From positions 1 to 27,375 of IMG/VR virus record IMGVR_UViG_3300044252_000039: 27,375 nucleotides of DNA. One strand, written 5' to 3'. Origin of the DNA: a virus (Duplodnaviria; Caudoviricetes). The notes under the pieces were generated by a model. It searched no databases. It was not told the DNA's origin and worked only from the letters and a program-made list of their open reading frames with translations. A program made the translations under genes and the position numbers. This document shows, one piece after another, positions 23,761 to 27,375 of this stretch. Position 1 is the stretch's first letter, and each line of letters opens with the position of its first letter.

Positions 23761-24629
23761 TGGCACCACTACCGGCGGGCATGCGCAACAATAACCCCGG
23801 CAACATCAAGTATGTCGGCCAGGCTGGCACGACACCGTCAGCCAACACCGATCAGGGCGACCCCCAAGCGGTCTACGCTTCACCGGAAGCTGGTATGGCG
23901 GCGATGTACGACCTGCTGCGCAGGAAATACGCCGGCGGCAAGCTGACGCCCGCACAGATAATCGCCGGCAACATGGGCTGGACGCCTGGCAACACGCAAG
24001 CGGCGCAAAACGTCGCCGACAGCATGGGCATCGGTGTCAACGACGACATCGGCATGAGCGACCCGGTGCGCGCGGCGAAATTCATGCGCGCGCTGATGAA
24101 GCAGGAACACGGCGAAGCGTCGAACCAGTACACCGACGCGCAGATCAACACCGCCATTAGCAGCGCGCCTGCCACGACAACCTCGCCACGTATCAGCGGT
24201 CCGGTCGAGGCCGCCGGCGGCGGTGGCGGCAGCGACAAGGGCGCGCCGCAGCTATACACCGACACGGTCGCGCCGATCGTCGCGGCGGCGACACAGCCGA
24301 CGCTGTTCCCCGCTCTGACCAAGGACGACCCCGATCCGTGGTCGGGCCTCGGCAGTACACTGGCAAGCAGCGTTCGCCCGAACAAGCCGCAGTTCCTGAG
24401 CGGCGGCGTCGACGCGGAGACGGGCATCCCGCCGACGCCGGATTTCGCCAGCGCCCTGCCGACGACAGCGCCGCTGCCGGCGTCGCCGGTCGACCTGGCG
24501 GCAGCGGCACCGATGGACGGCGGCATCTCGCCGCTCGGCGGCATGTTCAAGGTGGCTGAGATAGGCAAGGCCGCGACACCGAAGCTCGACGAGTTCGGGC
24601 GGCCGATCAGGCAGCGTCAGTACGGCTGA
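23760..24629 (+). CDS. RNNNPGNI-motif lysozyme-like virion protein, 289 aa
   Basis: GMRNNNPGNI, YASPEAGMAAM and ALMKQEHG pattern of lysozyme-like phage structural proteins; TGATG-coupled; low-complexity C-terminal tail. Confidence 0.75.
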   Translation: MAPLPAGMRNNNPGNIKYVGQAGTTPSANTDQGDPQAVYASPEAGMAAMYDLLRRKYAGGKLTPAQIIAGNMGWTPGNTQAAQNVADSMGIGVNDDIGMSDPVRAAKFMRALMKQEHGEASNQYTDAQINTAISSAPATTTSPRISGPVEAAGGGGGSDKGAPQLYTDTVAPIVAAATQPTLFPALTKDDPDPWSGLGSTLASSVRPNKPQFLSGGVDAETGIPPTPDFASALPTTAPLPASPVDLAAAAPMDGGISPLGGMFKVAEIGKAATPKLDEFGRPIRQRQYG

Positions 24630-24630
24630 T

Positions 24631-24680
24631 AAAATCGGCGCGCCGTCAACGACGGGGGGAAGTCAACGGCGCGCTTTCTT
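24631..24680. terminator. Probable bidirectional intrinsic terminator between converging operons
   Basis: Stem gcgcgccgt (24638-24646) / acggcgcgc (24666-24674) with an inner gac/gtc pair; tttctt on the right and aaaa on the left; lies between converging stop codons. Confidence 0.7.
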
Positions 24681-25026
24681 ACGTGCGCTTCCGAAGAAGC
24701 GTCGCAAGCTCATGAAGCCTGTTATGATAATCCTCTGTCGCCTGCGCGATCGTGTCGTCACGCTCGCGATCGATGCGCGCCGTCTCGTCGGCCATCAGCC
24801 TGGCGTGCCGGGCATGCGCCTCGGTGATCCTGTTCTCGGCCACGCAGCGGGCGTCGACGCCGGCCCGCCTGATCCGGTCGGCGATCTGCCGCTGGATAGT
24901 CTCCAGCTGGTTGACCTGCTCGGACAGCGGCTGCGGACGGCGTGTCTGTAGCTGCACTGGCTCCTTGACCGCTTCCTGTAGGTCGGCTTCGCTAACAGCC
25001 GCCAACGCCTTTTCCATTTCGCCCAT
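24679..25026 (-). CDS. Hypothetical coiled-coil protein, 115 aa
   Basis: SD ggag upstream on the minus strand; helical charged sequence; ends at the terminator. Confidence 0.65.
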   Translation of the reverse strand: MGEMEKALAAVSEADLQEAVKEPVQLQTRRPQPLSEQVNQLETIQRQIADRIRRAGVDARCVAENRITEAHARHARLMADETARIDRERDDTIAQATEDYHNRLHELATLLRKRT

Positions 25027-25056
25027 TTTTCACGCTCCAAAAAATTTTGAGATTTA

Positions 25057-25425
25057 TTAACTTTTGTTCTCGTTTTGATCTTTTTCGCCGCTGAGGCTCC
25101 CGGCCAGCTTGAGCGCCGCCTCGACCTGGTCGAGCGTGTTCTGCTCCTGAATCTCGCCCCGCGTCTCTTCGAGCGCCGCGACAAGCTCGGTGATCAGGTA
25201 CTGCTCGACATTGCGGTGATTGCCGCGTGTGCGCAGCACGTCGAGGATTTCAATCAGCGCGTTGTTGATGTCGGACAGGCTGTAGTGCATGGCGGCCAGG
25301 TCCGGCCCGAGCGCCGCGACCACGTCGGCGGGTGGCGTTAAAAGCTCCTTGTGCTTGGCGATCCGCGCCCGCACCAGTTCCTCGCGGGTGACACCGTCGA
25401 GGTTGTCTTCGTCCACGTCGCTCAC
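25057..25425 (-). CDS. Hypothetical helical protein, 122 aa
   Basis: GTG start overlaps the stop of the upstream minus-strand gene (GTGA); plausible amphipathic helices. Confidence 0.65.
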   Translation of the reverse strand: MSDVDEDNLDGVTREELVRARIAKHKELLTPPADVVAALGPDLAAMHYSLSDINNALIEILDVLRTRGNHRNVEQYLITELVAALEETRGEIQEQNTLDQVEAALKLAGSLSGEKDQNENKS

Positions 25426-25709
25426 GATGTCTTCATCCTTCTCATCCTAGGGGCCGGCAGCTTGCGCGACAGCCGGCCGATTTCATTGGCTATGTCTTCC
25501 GCCGACATCTCGGCGGCGCTACGCTTCGATTCGTCGAGCTTCGCCAAGTCTTGCAAGCGGCCGATCGCACCGATCGCCTCCAGCATGGTGCGTGCCGCCG
25601 CAGCCCTGGCTGCTGCCGGGGCTGCGGCGTTTGCGGCGACCTCAAGGAGCGCCCCCAAAGCAACCCCCTTGATCGTCTCCGCTGTCGGTTCGCCGTTGGC
25701 GTCTGTCAT
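25422..25709 (-). CDS. 95-aa Ala-rich helical protein; resembles the oligomerisation half of small-terminase-like proteins
   Basis: ALGALLEVAAN..APAAARAAAARTMLEAIG and AEMSAEDI pattern. An in-frame stop just upstream fixes the start. Functional call tentative. Confidence 0.45.
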   Translation of the reverse strand: MTDANGEPTAETIKGVALGALLEVAANAAAPAAARAAAARTMLEAIGAIGRLQDLAKLDESKRSAAEMSAEDIANEIGRLSRKLPAPRMRRMKTS

Positions 25710-25783
25710 TGTTCAAAACCCCACTAGACGTGTTTATGTACGGATACTATATGGATGTCCAGATATTAATTCGGAGCGTACCT
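25710..25783. promoter_or_regulatory. AT-rich divergent promoter region
   Basis: 74-bp AT-rich gap between divergent genes. On +, tagacg (25725-25730), 17 nt, then tatatg. On -, tggaca (25761-25756), 17 nt, then cataaa. Both are imperfect sigma70-like matches. Confidence 0.45.
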
Positions 25784-26065
25784 ATGAATCTGAAACTGTG
25801 GTTACACCAGGAAGAAATCTCCATCCAGGAGCTCGCCGACCGCGTCCGCGTACACCGTGGCTACATGAGCCGGATCGTCAGCGGCGACGTCCACCCGAGC
25901 CTGGCGGTGGCCCTGGACATCCGCGCCGCCACCCGTGGCGAGGTGCCGCTGGAGCAGATGCTGCCGCGAGCGATCCGGCCGCCCGACGTCAGACCAGAGC
26001 GACCGCAAGGTAACGTTCGAAAGCTGCTTGGGAAGTCAATTTCTCAATTACGCGAAACCTCTTGA
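25784..26065 (+). CDS. Cro/CI-type (XRE) helix-turn-helix regulator, 93 aa
   Basis: SD ggag at 25773-25776; MNLKLWL...SIQELADRVRVHRGYMSRIVSG...PSL..A..I..AT.GEV is a Cro-like HTH pattern. Confidence 0.8.
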   Translation: MNLKLWLHQEEISIQELADRVRVHRGYMSRIVSGDVHPSLAVALDIRAATRGEVPLEQMLPRAIRPPDVRPERPQGNVRKLLGKSISQLRETS

Positions 26066-27374
26066 GTTCGTCGACCGTGTCGGTGGCGACGCAGACATGC
26101 ACCATGACATGCGCGGCCTGCCCCGGACGGTGCAGCCGCGCGATCGTCTGATCCCACATTTCGGCCGACCAGGTCGGTGCCAGCCATATCATCCGTGACC
26201 CACCATGTTGGAGATTAAGCCCATGTCCCGCCGACGCCGGATGTATGGCCAGCAATGGCAACTCGCCTCTATTCCACAGTTCGACCGTCTGCTCGGCCTG
26301 TTTATCGCTAACGCCAGACCCGAGGTATGGCAGGCCGCCGAAGAGCTTCCGCAGAATGGCCAGATCGTGCTGATACTCGTAGACGATGATGGCCGGTTCA
26401 CCGTCAAGGCTTTCGACGAGATCCCCGAGCCAACTTTCTTTCTCGACATGGATGGCGTGCGCGCCGGCTGCGCCCTCCTCATCGTAGATGAACCCGTTGG
26501 CGATCTGGGCGAGCTTGCCGGTGGCGACAGCCTGCGAAACCGCAAGAATATTTTTACTATCAAGCTTTGACAGCAGCTTGCTCTCCATCTCGCGGTAGGT
26601 GCGCCGCGCCTCCCCCGGCAGCTTCACCTCGTCGACCAGGATGCTGATCTCGGGCAAGCCCGGCATCTCGTCCTCGCCAAGCGCGATCGCTATCGACGCG
26701 GCGTCGGCGAGCAGCGCCGCCTCGCGGTCGGGCCTGACCTTCCAGACGTAGCCATGATAGTCGGTGGTGAAAAAGTTCTGCTTCTGCCACTTGTAGAAGC
26801 TGCTCCCCCACAGCCCGCCATTGGTGATGATCTTGGCCGGCGTGAACAGGTCGAGCAGCGAATTCGGCACCGGCGTTCCGGTCAGCCCCCAGCGATTCTT
26901 GAAGCGCCCGGCGACCGACGCCAAGGCTTTGCCGCGCTTCGACTTCGGGTCTTTCAGGCGCGAGGTTTCATCGATGACCAGGCAGTCCCAGATCGGGTTG
27001 CCTTCCTGGAACCAGCCGATCTGCTCGACCAGCCACTGCACGTTGTCGATGCCGATGATGGTGATGTCGCGAGCGTTGGCGGTGCCGAGCATCAGGCCGC
27101 GCCGCTTCGGGTCGCCGTCCAGCACCGCGTAATCCAGGTGCTTGGTGTGCTCCCAGGATTCGATCTCCGCCGGCCAGACCAACGTGGCGACGCGCTTTGG
27201 CGCGACGATCAGCGCATGGCGAATGACCTTGTCGCCGATAAGTTCGGCGATCGCCGTCAGCGTCGAGATCGTCTTGCCGGCTCCCATCTTCAGCACGGCC
27301 ATGGCCTGGTCGTGTTCGTAAAGGTGGCTGACGACACGCTGCTGGTAGGGCCGCAGTTCCGATTTCTGCCTCAT
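25989..27374 (-). CDS. SNF2-like superfamily 2 helicase, 461 aa
   Basis: LRPYQ Q-motif, MGAGKT Walker A, IVAP, VIDETS Walker B, LTGTP, SAGHGLNLQ and QTIARLHRPGQ motif VI. Confidence 0.93.
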   Translation of the reverse strand: MRQKSELRPYQQRVVSHLYEHDQAMAVLKMGAGKTISTLTAIAELIGDKVIRHALIVAPKRVATLVWPAEIESWEHTKHLDYAVLDGDPKRRGLMLGTANARDITIIGIDNVQWLVEQIGWFQEGNPIWDCLVIDETSRLKDPKSKRGKALASVAGRFKNRWGLTGTPVPNSLLDLFTPAKIITNGGLWGSSFYKWQKQNFFTTDYHGYVWKVRPDREAALLADAASIAIALGEDEMPGLPEISILVDEVKLPGEARRTYREMESKLLSKLDSKNILAVSQAVATGKLAQIANGFIYDEEGAAGAHAIHVEKESWLGDLVESLDGEPAIIVYEYQHDLAILRKLFGGLPYLGSGVSDKQAEQTVELWNRGELPLLAIHPASAGHGLNLQHGGSRMIWLAPTWSAEMWDQTIARLHRPGQAAHVMVHVCVATDTVDELKRFRVIEKLTSQAAFERYLAVALV

Positions 27375-27375
27375 T

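Larger units (their letters stand above)
1..27375. mobile_element. Tailed bacteriophage (podovirus-like) genome segment: tail fibre, lysis, head, tail and ejection modules plus the edge of a replication/regulation module
   Basis: Terminase large subunit, portal, scaffold, capsid, adaptor, nozzle and internal-virion genes occur in podoviral order. No tape-measure or sheath gene, and no host housekeeping genes. Free phage versus prophage cannot be decided: no integrase or att site in the window. Confidence 0.95.

Noticed and set aside
25035-25051. Imperfect AT-rich inverted repeat (ctccaaaaaattttgag) covering the SD of the 115-aa minus-strand gene
   Set aside because: Stem is short, A/U-rich and bulged; too weak to claim a regulatory hairpin without folding calculations.
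1-27375. tRNA, integrase/att sites, IS elements, anti-defence genes
   Set aside because: None recognisable; intergenic gaps are too short for RNA genes and no ORF shows recombinase or transposase motifs.

Overview
The whole window is part of a high-GC (about two-thirds GC by eye, not computed) tailed-phage genome with short-tail (podovirus-type) architecture. The + strand from 1 to 24629 is one long late operon in which most genes overlap or abut at stop/start codons. It begins with a tandem array of at least four paralogous tail-fibre/receptor-binding genes, a collagen-containing mini-fibre and a chaperone-like gene. A gene-rich lysis region follows: a GH19-type endolysin, several small membrane proteins, a Pro-rich lipoprotein and an overlapping paralogue of it. 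Next come an Ig-like protein, terminase large subunit, portal, scaffold, major capsid, adaptor, nozzle, two GNAT-fold genes, internal/ejection proteins and two stand-alone cell-wall hydrolases. After a probably bidirectional terminator are three small minus-strand genes, a Cro-like HTH gene and an SNF2-type helicase. No tRNA, CRISPR array, integrase or reverse transcriptase is visible. Four signals stand out. (1) The fibre genes are joined by a conserved 15-17 nt RBS/stop/start junction. (2) A short C-terminal motif is shared by an ejection protein and both stand-alone hydrolases, suggesting a virion cargo tag. (3) A GNAT pair sits directly before ejection proteins that begin MGGKSS and MC. 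(4) An overlapping gene in the lysis cassette is a paralogue of the next gene. Product calls come from motif recognition and synteny only; no database search was run.
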